64,000 nt of DNA from Lama guanicoe (lineage: Eukaryota). Within the stretch, counting starts at the first letter, position 1. Every line of letters starts with the position of its first letter. The DNA is taken from the NCBI GenBank assembly GCA_013239625.1, contig MU054323.1, positions 14,822,029 to 14,886,028 on the forward strand, read 5' to 3'. Of this stretch, positions 26,090 to 40,329 are shown piece after piece. The notes under the pieces are model-generated. The model did no database searches. It was given only the letters and a program-made list of their open reading frames with translations, and was not told where the DNA came from. Position numbers and translations under genes: made by a program.

Positions 26090-27943
26090 CTACGGAAACA
26101 AATCATTTCTGGCAGAGGTATTTTAAGGGCAAAAAGTTGTAGGTACAAATAATCCGAATGGTTAAATGTATTTGCTCTCTCATCTTGAAGGTAAGTTTCA
26201 TGTTTTCAGCTCTAAAAAATTCATTAGCACTCTATTTTCCCTCCTCCTTAGCTCAAGTGGACACTAGTAAGCCTTTGCATAAAAATTTGAACCATCAACA
26301 ATGCAAATGCGTTTTTCATTCCACTCCCTTCCAATTCTGCTTGACTCCTCCTTATATAGAGGATTTGGGGATTCCTCCCTCAAAACGCTTTCAGGACTGG
26401 AACTCACTAATGTACAGATTCTAATTGGGGCCTCTCTGCCCCATTTTTAACTTGCAAATTCCTACCATGAATTCATTTAGAGGCCTTGTCTACTGTATTT
26501 TGGCAATTCGCCAAAGATTTAAGTGCACAGTAAAAATTTCTGTATTGTGAAAATAAGTGAAGGCAATCTTAAATTAAGTTACCAATCCTAAAGAGTATTA
26601 TAATTTCCTGTGAATTTTAATAGAAATCACATAGCTTACTTTTCTTCATCTGTGGAATAAAAACATTCAGCTGAGGAATGTTTTCCTAACAAAATAGAGA
26701 TACTGAAATTTGTAACAGGCGTCATTTTTTGGTGTACTGAAAATCAGACTGTCTGTTATTAAAATCTACTGAGTTTCCTGTTAATAATAATATTAAGCAA
26801 ATCACACTAAATGTTATATACCTTTTAACACTCACATATTTTCGTTTTCAGTACATATATTTGAAGTAGCAATATAAATTAAAGTTAAATTTCACCAGTT
26901 ATACATTGCACTGATATAGATACTAGAATTTGAAATTCTATGATTTAAAAATGGGTATGTTTATTTGGATTTAAGATGAAACTTTTCAATATGTGTTAAA
27001 TTATTAGTTCATCCAAATCTCAGTATTAAACAGTTGCAATCTGGCGAATGTGATGTGGCTCCTTTAACTACAGCAGTTTATAAGAATGGTAAGTAGCACT
27101 GACTTGCAAAGCATCACTTGGATAGGTACAACTTCAGATTAATTCTAGGGCTTATATTTCGATTTCAAATGATATCTTGTTATCTTTCAGGACAGAGGTC
27201 ATTCTTTTTGGTAAAGAAAGAATGAAAAGTATGCTTTTAAAGTGTAGAAAACATAGTTAAGTTGATTTAAGTGACTTGTTTTCTTGCTTTAAGTCCTATT
27301 AAATATGCATATTCTTTTTTCTTTCTGTTCACATTTTGTTCTTTATTTTGCAAATTAGCTGGTTCACCAGCACTCTAGCCTGACTCCAGGGAAGATTTAG
27401 AAATGAGATCCCCCAAAGAAGGTGAATTTACAAGCATAGATAGGGACAGCTGAACAGAACAGTGTTTTGAAGTTCATGTGATAAGAGAGAAAGATAGGGC
27501 CATACTGCTCTCCTGTTGGATGGAAAGAAACAAACTTTTCTCTCACAGGTGTGTTTGTTCCCTAAGCTGTTAGAGGGAACACCAGGCAGGGAGACCCCCG
27601 ATTACCAGGTACTTCTGTGTTCCTCTTTATTTTTAATTTTTAATTGTTTTAAGTTGAAGCATAGTCAGTTACAATGTATCAATTTCTGGTGTACAGTAAA
27701 ATGTCCCAGTCAATATGCATATTCATTTTATGTTGCATTTGTAAGAGACACGAGAGTCAGAAGGAAAGACAAATTTAATTTGCTTTTCAGAAGACTAGAA
27801 GCACCAACCAAGTCCATCTCTTTAATTTTCCCAGAATTCTAGGTATGTAACAAAGCTACCTGTAGCTGTACGGAAGAAATACATTGGGTAATCCAAGCCG
27901 GGTTATTCATCCTCATGATATCTGACTTCAAGATAAGGCTATG
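26090..27943 (+). pseudogene. Cluster of short decayed collagen exons (~26090-26190, 27034-27088, 27191-27210, 27359-27421, 27549-27608, 27791-27842)
   Basis: Canonical ag/gt boundaries, with most lengths near 54/63/99 nt. 27549-27608 = VCLFPKLLEGTPGRETPDYQ. 27034-27088 contains GECDVA (GERGVA-like). Confidence 0.7.
27625..27728 (-). mobile_element. Short young L1 3' end (camelid/artiodactyl type)
   Basis: ttgaagcatagtcagttacaatgtatcaatttctggtgtacag..aatgtcccagtca after a T-rich tail. Confidence 0.7.
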
Positions 27944-28539
27944 GGTGAGTTACAAATTCCTTCAGTTAGGCCAAAGGGTTAAGCCAGGCATAAACAAGTT
28001 AGACTTTTTAAAAAGCTAACTAAGTTAGATAAGAAAATATGAAGGGAACTAAATGTCACTTGTGTATTTTTAAAAAGTATTGCATAAAAATGCTTTTTAT
28101 TGAATTATTATTTGATAATCTTCATTAAAGTACTTGCTTTGAGAAAGGTATTTTGTTTAACTCTGTGTAACTGATTTGGAAAACATACACAAAATCAAGC
28201 AAATGACAATTTGTGTTCACATATAAAACAGAGCTAAATTATAGACTCAAAAATTATAAATACATTTTTCTTCACCTATATAAATGTTCAGAAGGTTATT
28301 TGAATGCGAGACATTGGAGACATTTCTTATTCTGTGATAATATATCCTTCAGTGTAAAAACTTAGCAAAGATACTAGGAACTGGAAGAGTGCTTCAAAAC
28401 AGTCTTTATTACGTCCAAAAACCTACCCTAGGAAGAAACTGCACATCCGTAATAAAATTCTACCACATTTATTCTCTACTTACAATTCACACATCACTAC
28501 TTTATTTTTTATCTTTACGATTTATTTATATTTGGCAAA

Positions 28540-31500
28540 GTATTAATTTAAATTGCCTGAATTTCTAAGTACTATTCTTGTACTGTTACCTATTTGCTGT
28601 TTACCATTCAGCATTATAAACTGACTATGTAACATGGTGGGTAAGGATCCAATTTCACTGACTTCCATTCTTCCCTTCTCCCTGTCCCCTGCACACGACT
28701 GTATCTGCTTTTGATCACATCTGTGTTTAGTGTCTCTATTATTACGTCTCTGTAAATATTTTTCACTACTGAACATCTCATTGAATATATTTTATTCTGC
28801 AGTTATTTTTTCCCCTAAAGGTAATTATTGTTTCTTTTTTTGCATTTGTTTACTTTTCTTTGTACATCTAAATAAAATATCTAGCCTCCTGTAACAGTTC
28901 CATAAAAAGCCTGCCAATAATTTATCAATTCTCTTTTTCTTCTTTTCCCCAGAGATACCCCTTCAGGCACCCTCCAGCTCTCCTGCTCCAGGTTAGATTG
29001 ATTACTCTCTTAGCTTTCAGCACAAGTACCAGTGTGGGCTTTCCTTTTCCCATCATGTAAGAAATTTTCTTCATTCTTCCTCTGGGATGATTCCCCTCTT
29101 TTCTATTCTTTCTGGGTTAATACCTCATCTTAATAAAATAAAATCTATACTAGCTTCCTGAAAAATAATAAAAAGAGAGGCACGTTTTTAGGGACTTACC
29201 ACTTGGATCACTGAAATTCGTGTTCACTCTGAACTTTGGTACTGCCTCCAGTTTTACTGTGGGGGATCCAATGACCTTATTCCATATACTTTTGCATATG
29301 ATTTTCAAGACTAAAGATATTAATTTGGAAGATTTTAGAAGTTTCTCTACTTCCCTCATGTTCTAAAATTTCTTGAATATGTGTCCTAAATATTCCTTAG
29401 ATGATTTCCTCTTCTTTTTTCTGTTTCACTTTCTTTCTTTCATTAATCTATTGTCTATAATCTCAGCACATTAATTTTATTTTATAGACATCTCCCCATG
29501 CATTATCTCCATTCCCTTTGCATTCCTCTTTTTGTTTTCTGTCATCCATGGTGGAGGTTTTCTTCAAATATTTGGTGATCCTTGTTCCTTCACATTTGAG
29601 AGTAAGGCACTAAAAACTTCTTGATGTGTCAGGCTGTGTGTAAGTCAGGGAGATTCATTTTCACTGACAGGAGTATGCTGGCCAGGTTTTTCATCCGAAA
29701 TCATCCACAGGGCAGGGTCTGTGGATCTTTTCTTTAGTACATGCAGTTTAACAGAGAAGAGTATGACAATCTCCTATTTAGAGATGGGTGCAGGAGCACT
29801 GGGGACACAAGTCTCTGTGGGTGCTGATGAGCTAGGCTGGGGAGGACACTGGAAACTCTCACTCTGCCTGATGTCATGATGTTCTTTGAGGAATAACATA
29901 GAACATGAATTTAATAAATTTTATTTTATGAAATTGTGTGATTTTTAAAAACAGCAAAGTTTTTTCTTCCAACTTTTCTAAGACTTTTATATAAATGAGT
30001 GTTGGATTTTTTCAAAACATTTCTGTTCAGCCATTGAAACAATCATATGCCTTTTCTCCTTTAGTCTGTTAATCTGGTGGATTATATTAATGAACTTTTT
30101 AAAGTTAAAACATCCTTTCATTTCTAAAATAAACCCAACTTGGTCATGATATAACTCTTTTTATATATTATCCTAGATTTTGATTTGAAAATATTTTCTT
30201 TTACATCAATGTGCTTGAATGGAATTAACCTGTAGTTTCCCTTTTCTGTATAAAAATTGTATCTGTTATTAATTGGAGTAATCTATGCCTACCTTTTTTT
30301 GTTTCCTACAATTAATGGTGTACATCAAAATTAAGTTTCTCAGACTGTTGGTATCCTTTGTTAGTGAAGCTATCCGAAATAAATTAGTGGGAATATTTTT
30401 GACCATCGATTAGATTTCCTTAATATTATTCAAGTTTATATTTCCTCTTGAATCAGTTTTGGTGTTATTTTTCTGAATAATGTATCTGTGTCCTCTGTGT
30501 TTCTAGATTTATTAGCAAAACTTATTTTAAGTACTCTTACTGTCTTTTTATTTTGAACATCTATTCTGACTATCCTTTAGTTTATTCCTAACACTGTTAA
30601 TTTAGAATTTATCTCTTTCTTGATTAGTCACCGAAAGTCAATTTTATTCTTCTCAAATGATTAATTTTTCTTTCAAATGATTATTTGATTTCCTATTTAT
30701 TAATGTGTACTTGTACCCATTTTATTTCCTTTTATGCATTTTCCTTGGGTTTATCGTATGTGTGCATGTAATATGAGAATTATAAGTTAACTCTATTAAC
30801 ATACATTTTTCTTTGACAAATGGTATACTGATTAATTTTAACTATTTTGACTTTCTAAAATACTCATTTAAAGTTGTATGTTTTTCTCAAAGTATTGTTT
30901 CAAATGCATTTCTAAAACTTTTGCAATGTGGCATTTTTTCTTTTCAGTCCCAAATTTTTTATTTCTATTATGAATCCTATCTTTGGCTTACCTAGTTTCA
31001 ATATTTAGTGTTGTCATTTATTAGTATATCATAATTTTCAAATTATCTCTTCAGTATGGATTTCTAGCCTAAATGTACAATGGTCATAAAAACTAATTTC
31101 TATTATTTCTAACCTTAGAAATTTCCTGAAACTTTCTGTGTAGCCAGTAAAAGATAATTTGGGGAAACTATTCTTTGTATGCTGAAAAAAAAATTTTTAT
31201 ACACGTATATCAGGTCAAATTTGTTAATGATGTTACTCAAACATTTTATAGAATTGCCTTATTATTATTAACTAAGGTCCATATTTTATTTGAATTTCCT
31301 TTTTTAAAATATAATTTTTTTTTCTGTTCTAGGATCCCATTCAGCATACTACATTACACTTATTCATCATATTTCCTTAGGTACCTCTTGGCTATGAGAA
31401 TTTCTAAGACTTTGTTTTTAACTATCTTGACAAGTTCTGACAAATATTGGTCAGATCTTTTATAAAATGTCCCTCAACTGAGGTTTTTCTAATACTCTTC

Positions 31501-34500
31501 TCATGATTAGACTGAGTACTATTGTCTGAATAGCTGTATCCTCCGCAAATTCATCTGCTGAAAGAGTGATTCTCCAAGAGGATGAGGCAGTGGAACATTT
31601 GGGAGCTGATTAGGTCATGAGGGAGAAGTCCTCACGAATGAGATTAGTGCCCTCATAAAAGTAGGCAGAGAGAGAGCTCTCTCACCCCTTCCACAGTAGG
31701 AGGATGCAGTGTGAAGTTGGCAGTCCACAGCCTGGAAGGGGGCTTCACCAGATCATGACTATGCTGGTTCTCTGATCTTGGATTTTTGGCCTCCAAAATT
31801 ATGAGAAATAAATGTTCACTGTTTGTAAGTCATTAGGTTTGGTGGTATTTTGTTACAGCATCCTGAACAGACTACGCTATCCAGGTTTTTTGATAACAGT
31901 GTCTTTGTTGAACAGAGATCTTATTTTTAGCGAAGTCTAATTTATCAAGCTTTGTTTGCCTTTATGTTGAACACTTTCAGTGTCCTTCATGAGAAATTAC
32001 AGCCTGCTTTAAGAGCATAAAGATGTTCTTCTATGTTTAGTTTGAAAGCTTTATTATTTTACCTTTCATATTTAGGTCTGTGATCTATCTGGAATTGATT
32101 TTTCTGTACTGTGTAAAGTGAGGTCAAAGTTCTTTTTTCTTTTCCCAAATAGATACCCAATCAATTTAGAAACACTATATTAAAGAGGACATTCTTTTAC
32201 CACAGTATCAGTGCATCACCTTTGTCATAAGTCACTTGACTATGAATTTGTTTCTGAATTTTCTATTCTGTTTTATTGGTCTCTTTGTCTGTGTCTCTGC
32301 TAATAAAACACTTTCTTAATTATGGCCTACATAATATATATGTTGATACATAGTAGTGCAAGCCTGCCAACTTTTATCTCTTTGAAAGTTTTCTTTCTCA
32401 GCATTGTCTTGGCTATTCTTGGCCCCCTGTATTTCTATATAAATTTTATAATTAACTTGAACTAACTTGTTAATTTGACAATAAAATATGTTCTGATTTT
32501 GATTGGAATTACATCTGTATATTGGGATATATACTATAGATATGAATGGGTAGAACTGACAGATGCACTAGAGTAAGTCTTCAAATTCATAAGCATGTGA
32601 TATCATTGCATTTGTTTAGGCTTTCTTGCTTTTTCAACAGTATTTTATAGTTTACTGATTGTTGTTAATATAAAGAAGTATAATTGAATTTGTTATATTG
32701 ACTTATGTCTAGTGACTTAAAATTTTGTTTGTCAATTCTAATAGTTTTTTCATGGACAATTAAAACTTTTTCATGTATAAGATCAAGTCATTCACAAATA
32801 AATAAAAGTCATTATTTGTTTTTATTTAAAACCCTTATTGCTTATATGTGGAATCTGAAAAATAAAAGGGCACATAGGATTTATTTGTTATTTATAACTT
32901 AGATGGTTATTTCTTGAATATGTGTACGCACATTTGACTGACCTTTATGATTCGATTACTGCATTCTGTTGATTTTTATTTTGTGGTTGGCTTTATTCCT
33001 TTGGTAACTATGTAAGTTAAAAAAGCTCTGAACTGTTCTTAGAAACAATGAACAGTACAGACATACAAATTTTTTTTAAATGTGCAGCGTATTGTATATA
33101 GATATTTACATGTAATATATTGTATATGTGCAGTCAAATTGAATTTAACTTGCCCTTCCGTTTTTAACATGCTAGAGTGAATATTTAAATAAAATGAATA
33201 TTTATAAACACATTTAATATATTAATTTTACAGTATGAATTATTATTTAAGCACAGATTTAGTCACATCAAAGTTTGATACATGCTATATCTACTATTAA
33301 AATATTTTCTAACATCAATTAATATTTTTATTGTCTCATAATTCTGAACTGCATTTCTTAGTTTTCAAATAATAATTGAATACACAAATATTTCAAGGGC
33401 ACATGAAACATTTTTCAAAACTGGGTTTATATGTGTTCTACATGCACTTGACAATGTAATATATTCTGTCATTGTTGGAGGCAATGATATTCACGTCAAT
33501 TAGGCACCTTTGTTTTTCACAATGTTTATATTCTCTATATACTTACTGATTTTGGGGCGGTCTGTTTATACGATCAGTCATTGGGAGAAGTCTGCTAAAA
33601 TCTCTAAGTATAATTTTAGATTTGTCATTTCTCATGTAGTTCTTTTAATTTTTATCTTACATATTTTGTATCCCTGGTGTTAGGTCCATTCAAATGTAAT
33701 CCTGTTATATCTTCCTAGTACACTGACTCTTGTATCATAATGAAGTTCTGCTAATTATCTATTGTTTTATTTCTTGTCATTTTATTTACTTTGTTTCTAC
33801 TACTGACATAACAGCTTTATTTTTGCATGATAGCTCTTTCCCCAACCTTTTACTTTTAACCTTCCTGTCACAATATTTAAAGTGTTTTTGTCAGTAAATT
33901 TGAGCATTTTCATAAAATCCAGTCTTTTAATTGGAGCATTGTACCTACTTATACTAAATGTATTGTTTGACACATTTGGTTTCATATTTAGCTTTTACTA
34001 TTGCTTTCTATTTGACCAACCCATTTTATGTTCTTTCTTCTCTATTTCTTGTGAATGAATTACTTCATTATCGATCAATTTTTTATCTTGTTAGTTATAC
34101 ATCCTTTACAATAATTTCAGTAGTTACAATATGCAACTTTGACTTATTGCAGTCTGAAATAATTTATTTACTTCTCACCTGAAAATACGATGACCTTAAA
34201 ATACATTTACTCCATTTATTCCACTCCCTCTTATTGTGTTATTTTGTCATTATTTTGATTCCTCAAATATTTTATGCACTCAATAAATGAATATTATTGT
34301 TTTGTACAATCAATATCTATTCATATAATCAGTTTTCATAGAGCTTTAATTCCCTCATGCATTTCTTGGCTTCCAACTGTGATCGATTACGTATTTCTGC
34401 CTAATAAATTCCTTGTGTGTATGTGTGCATGTGTGTCTGTGTTTTAAGTGTGGATCTGCTGGCAATAATTTCTTTAGTTTTCGTTTGAATGTAAAAATCT

Positions 34501-36080
34501 TTATGTTATCTTTATTTTAAAAGGCTATTTCTACTTGCTATAGAATTTGATTGGGACAGTTATCTTCTTTCATTTCTTTAAAGATGTCATTCTATTGTAT
34601 TACCATATCTTTGTTTTTGTCTAGAAGCCAGTCCTCAGTGCCAACGTCCTTTTCCCTCTCTGTTGACAAGATTTTTTCCTTTGTCTCCTGTTTCCAAGTT
34701 CCACTGGGATATACTTAGGTACGAATTTCTTCATATTTAACTTACTTTGGATTTATAATACTTGTTCACATAGCTTAAGTTTTTGTAAGTTGGGGGAATT
34801 CTCAATCATTATCTCTTAAAATATTGCTTCTACCTCTAATTTCTCTTCCTTTCTGAGACACCAAGTACATGTGTTTTAGTAGTCTTCACTGTGTCCCATA
34901 TGTCTCTTACATTTCCTTTTGTATTTTCCACACATACTTTTATCCTTCAGCCCAGGTTATTTTCAGTCATCATTACTTTAATCACCTATTCAGTTTTGTC
35001 CAACCTGTAGGTAACTCCATCTGTTGAGTCATCAGTTCCCATTACTGCTTTTTAAGGTCAGGAACTTCCCGTTATTTCTTTTCCATTAGGTAACAGTCCT
35101 CTGATGAAATGCTTCCTGTTATCATCTATGTTCTTGGACATATTACTCACAAATTTAAGTTTAGCCTCCCAACTGCAATACCTGCGTCATCTGTGCTTTG
35201 CTGCTATTGTTGATTTCCCTCTTCCTTTATTTATTTGGTGGTTTATTTATTTGTTTTTGGTAGGTTTAGGGTTGTTTTTTTTAATGGAATGCTGGATGTT
35301 GTCCATGAAACATTTAAAGCCAGTGAATAATAACCTCTTCTTTCCAATAGAACTGATCCTGTCCTTTCTAAGGCAGCCTAAGAGGGAGCAGATCACTGTG
35401 TTCAGCCAGGGAATGAGCTGATTCATGGAGGTGGTGCAGTTTTGGGGGAAGCACTGTGTACCTCTCTTTGGCCACAGCACCTTGGGTTACCTCTTAAGAG
35501 ATCTCAACCAAAAGCCTGTTACTGTTTACAAAATGCTCTCCTTCTTTTATAGTCACGAACTCCCTTTGCTGTCTCCTGTACCAAGAGACCCATGATAACT
35601 GTACAGATTTTCAAATAATCTTGTAGTTTTTTTAGTCTTTTTCTCCAAGCACCTTAAGAATTCAATAAGGGTTACAAGGGGAAGAAAAGTGAGCATTTGG
35701 CTCACTTCTCAGGACCTCCCTTCTCTCCTGGATGCTGGCCTCTCAAATCCTGCCTGCCTTGGGATGTTTTAACTCCAACACTGTCAGATTGCCAAGGTTT
35801 TGCTCCCTCCTCTGGTTCTTGGCAGCTAGCCACACTCTGCCTCATTTTTCAGCTTCTCACCCAGCACTAAGATTTGGCAAATTCTTTAAGGGGTATACTA
35901 TGACAGACAGTTGGGCTCTTCTCTCTGTGGCTTCTGCTTCTCCAGGATCTTGGTCTCAGTGCTGTTACCTCAATAGATTTTAATGACTTGAAACAGATCT
36001 TAAAGTCCCTTTACCTGGCTTTTTTTCTTATTGTTTTTAGTGGCAAATTTGGCCTAGTTATTGTAGCCTACTCAATCATA
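28540..36080 (-). mobile_element. Block of old antisense L1M fragments (ORF2, ORF1, 5' UTR, L1MC 3' end)
   Basis: aacccaacttggtcatgat, tatctggaattgatttttctgta, ttggctattcttggcccc, ttttactttta acct, ctgctggcaataatttctttagttt, caatcattatctcttaaaatattgcttct. I saw no Gly-X-Y signal here. Confidence 0.75.
31518..31876 (+). mobile_element. MLT1A-like MaLR solo LTR
   Basis: caaattcat..tgattaggtcatgaggg..aatgagattagtgccctcataaaag..tgatcttgga..gagaaataaatgtt..ggtattttgttacagca. Confidence 0.85.
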
Positions 36081-36618
36081 GCCTCCTTCTGTGCTCTTAA
36101 GAAAATTTCTGTTACTTTTTTGGAGCTATTTAAATTGTCTTTAGCCAGTGAATTGATCCAAATGCTCTAGCTGTCCTATTTATTCTAAAGCTTTTCTATG
36201 CACACCTAAATTACTGTATGTCAGTTCCAATACAAAATGGAAGTGTAGCATTATTTCTTTATTTCAAAGAGGTTCAGAAATTCTAAGGGAGTTATCTCTT
36301 TCACATAGTAAGCAGCAGAACTTAGAGAAAGTAAATCAGTTTTCTCTGACACTGAATCTTAATAGTACAAATAAACTGAACAAATACTCACGATTGACCA
36401 AAAAAAAAAAAAAAACAAAAACTTTCAAGCTGTTAATTATGAATTATTGGCTATATCTAATCTTGTTAATTAATATTCATTTGCTACGTTTTCATTCACA
36501 GTATAATGCACTAGTACTCACTAGAGGACAAATGATAGCAGATGCTTTCATTTTAAAGTCCAAACAAAAAGAAGAAATACTTTAAATGAGAAAACTCTAT
36601 CCACATCTTCTTTTCTAG

Positions 36619-37732
36619 AAAGCAGGATATTCTTTGTTTGATACAATTAATGGATGATATCTGGCCAAATCTTACAACCCAGAGAAGAAATAATTTAGTG
36701 ACCTCTTTTGTTATATTACAGCAAGAATCTGCATATTCAATTTATTTATGTTTTTTGAATTTTTGGAGGAAATGATATCAGGATAAATTTAAAGTTACAA
36801 GCTGATTCTTAACAGGTATGGGACTAGAATTTTTCATGTATTTTTTTGGATATGATAATGAATGCCAGAAATGCCACAATATTGAAAGGTACAGTCCTTG
36901 CTCTCTGAGAACTCTCCATTTAGTGAATTAAGTGCCAAATGAATGGTTTAACCAAAAGATATGAGGCCTTATAAGATTTCAGAGAAAGAATTGACCAATT
37001 TGGACTGGATCTGTCAGTAAAGTTAACAGATTTTTTAAATTCTGCAGGCAGGACTTAATTTAAACATGTCAGGAGAAAGAGAGAAAAATTTTTCAAATAT
37101 CAACAAAATGCCTTCACTACCCAATACGTAGCACTGTGCTCACTGCATAGAAAGTAATCAAAAAAGGTCGAGAAAAATAAATACCTCCTGGGTTTTCTAG
37201 ACTTGGGGAAAAGTTTCATGAAGATTTTAAAACTACCTTTAAGCTGGCTTCTGCTTTGGAGGGAATACCACACTCCATGTTCTTTGCCATAAAAGAAAGA
37301 AGTGAAAAGTGTATTAATCATTCTGACTATTTTCTGGTCTCTCAACGCCTATTTCCATCCTGAATGTCACCACACAATAAGAAGAGAAATTGTTTTGGAA
37401 AACAAGAGGGTGTTAGTAGAAATGTAGGAATGAGGGATAAAGACAATTAAAAAATTTTTGACACACTGAACTAAACTGAATGTCACTTAAAGTTATTTAG
37501 TTTTTTTTTAATAAGCAAAATAACTGTAATAAAATTCATTTTGCAAGAGAAGAAACAGCCGAAAGCTCTATAGTACTGCAGAGCAGTTTTCCTTGATGGC
37601 AAAGACTGTCTCAGAATTTAGGAAGAGCTCATGAAAGTGATGTTTTCCTTTAGTGAGACACTAGGCATTTATTGTGCATAAGGACAGTGCAGAATATTGG
37701 GGACCAGCTGGGGACACGTGCTGAAGAAGCTA
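36619..37732 (+). pseudogene. Decayed collagen exons (36619-36815; ~37150-37423; 37548-~37732)
   Basis: ttttctag|KAGYS..WRK *YQ DKF|gtatgg; PPGFSRLGEK; LDGKDCLR; GPAGDT. Confidence 0.7.
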
Positions 37733-38206
37733 GTATCATAAATACATGAGATATATTATTTATGTACTTGAAGAATTTTTTTCTTAAACAATGAGACTTC
37801 ATTTTGATACTTTCTTTATTTGCCTTCACACTCTTCAGCAATTCTGCACTAAAACCAGAAATACAACCATTTTTGTCTAAAATCAGCAGAAAACTGAATC
37901 TTTGGTTAAAAAAAGTTATACATATAAAAGAACATAAATCACAAGAAAGAAACAATAAAACCTGCATAGTCATATTTTAGCCACTAAAAAATACATGGAT
38001 TACAAATGACTTATTCTTGGAAAGAGTGCCTCAAATCCAAATTGTAGCATAACTCACCATTCAAATAAACATGAAAAAGCTGTCAAATATGGCTCTGAAG
38101 TCCCAAAGATCCCATCATCTGCATTAAAAATGAATGAAATGAGAGAAATGGAAAAACCATCTGCAGTTTAGATTTGTCATTCTTCTGTTATCTTCATGTA
38201 TTTCAG

Positions 38207-39780
38207 GATAAAGGGGTTGGCAAAGTGCAGAAAAACCTTCAGGAATTCAAAGGGGATTCATGGTTGCAATTTTAATATTTTAGAGTAACCCATATTTTGG
38301 ACTAGACAGCCATTAAAATCTTTTGTTGCCTACTAGTCATTTTTCTTTAGGCCAGAAGTCTGTTTTTACTACAGCTAAAAGAGCTGTTAGAAGTTACATA
38401 CTGCAAATGAGAGGAAAAACAGGAAGAAAATTTCATGATCATTAGTCAGGGACCACTGATCAGAGTACAACAGGGAGTTCCATATCTTTTCCTTGAAATT
38501 TTGTCAAAACTAACATGTTCTGGAGCATTTAGAAGAGAGCATCAGTTTAGATTAAAGTATATCTCAATCAGACCCCACTGAGGTGTATGGTCTTTTTACA
38601 CTTTTTTCTTGAAAATTCCTCTATTAAAAAAAAAAGAAAAGAAAAATTCTCAGCTTTGTTTAAGTTATGCAAAATAATGGCACAAATCTTAAAAGGAAGA
38701 CTTTCCTAATATGTATAAGACTCTTCAATCACAGCTGTCAAGGGAGTATATAAGCCAAGTACCTGACTCCACAGGAGAGTTAATATATTCCAGTATAAGC
38801 AGAGTCCTACAGCTCTTGAATCAGCTATGTGGCAGATGGAAGTGTATGTGTGCATGTGTGAGTGTGGGACACTATCAGGTCACCCTGCTACTACCACCAT
38901 TGTTCTGGCTACTCAAAAAATGATTTCATCCAGTCTGGCTCACCGAGAATAGATCTCTCATTCAGCAATTGTCTTCAATAAGAAAAGAAGTACAAGGAAA
39001 CCTGGAATACACTCAGTTACAGGCATATGAGCCTTTGGAACCTGTGACACAACATGCCCACAAATGAAAAGCATCCACAATTTGTTGCACAAAGCCAGGG
39101 GAGAAGACAACAGGAGGTGATATGTGTGTAAATATCATTTAGTGCTGGGTTTAAATTGGGCAGCCTTGCAGAGAAGCTCATATTGTTTTTGACAGACTAT
39201 AAATATATCCTTGGCTATTGCTTGTGATAGAAGAATACATTTATACTTCTTTTTTCTATTGGTAATAGAAATTTCAGCACTGCCAATAACTATTCTTCCA
39301 AGAACAGCAAAAAGGAGGACGCAGAAGGCTGCAATTAAAAGCAGAATTATTTAGTTTAGATATGTGTACAAAGGAAGAGAAATTCCAAAATTCACCATAG
39401 AATTGGAGAAGAACTTGATTATCAAAATTTCCATCTCAGGTGGAATGCCCCCCTCTCCAATGCCCACCTTTCCAAGACGACAAAAAGCCACAAAAAGATA
39501 CATAGACTCTAGTTTCTGAAAAATAGTATGGTTGGTTTTCTCACTGATTTGATCCTTTGTAAGCAAGCAAAGAAAGAGAGGGAGGTGTTCTGACAAAGCA
39601 AAGACCAGTAAGTCTGTATGCAGAAAACAATTTATAGTTTGAGATGGGGTCAAGTTACCAGTATGTTCAGATTTAGACCAAGAATAGGCCCGTGGAAAGC
39701 CATGTATTTAGCAAAACCATTGTGGAGTAAAGACACACAAAATACCAGCAACTATGCCATGAATCAACTGGAGAAAGCAA
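38207..39780 (+). pseudogene. Decayed collagen exons (38207-38269, 38351-38464, ~38690-39116, 39261-39323, 39440-~39493, 39564-39607, ~39671-39780)
   Basis: At 38207 the first codons GAT,GTT,GTG,AAC,GAA,GGG,TGG restore to ..GQKGLQGFKGDSGLQ. Also MRGKTGRK; RKPGIHSVTGI; ARGED|gtgata; TFPRRQ; donor gtaagt at 39608. Confidence 0.8.
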
Positions 39781-40070
39781 AGGATTATCAATATGCAGCA
39801 TCCCCACTCAGAATGCAAGTGAGATACACGTTATCACTGAAACAAAACAGCTCCTTTGCCAGAAACTTCTTAGGTTATTTCTGCTAGGTCAGCAGCTACT
39901 CCCAAGTGTGAAATACTTTTGGCCTGCAAAACCGTGGGCCTGGAAAGTGGCTGCACTTGTCTAAAACAAATATAAAAAGGAGTATCAGCTCAGTGTAGAT
40001 GCTGACATAGCACTGAAGCAGCGTAACAATGGGAAAATTTTGAAGGGAAGCCCCACTGATTTGTCTAGGC

Positions 40071-40280
40071 CAGTGATTCTGAACTCAGATTTTGCCCCTC
40101 AGTGGACATCCGACAATGTCTGGAAACATTTTTGGTTGTCACAACTTTGGGATGCTGCTGGAATTCAGTGAGTAGAAGCCAGAGATACAGCTAAACATTC
40201 TATAGTGTACAGAACAGTCCTTCACAATAGAGAATTATCCAGCCCAAAAATATGACAAATGCAGAGGTTGAGAAATCGTG
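40071..40280. mobile_element. MER20 (hAT) with an 8-bp target-site duplication
   Basis: cagtgattctgaac..caatgtctggaaacatttttggttgtcacaact..gaggttgagaaatcgtg. TSD gtctaggc (40063-40070) / gtctagcc (40281-40288). Confidence 0.9.
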
Positions 40281-40329
40281 GTCTAGCCCAAAGGCAATGT
40301 ATCACAATGGGAAAAGAACATCCTTAACA

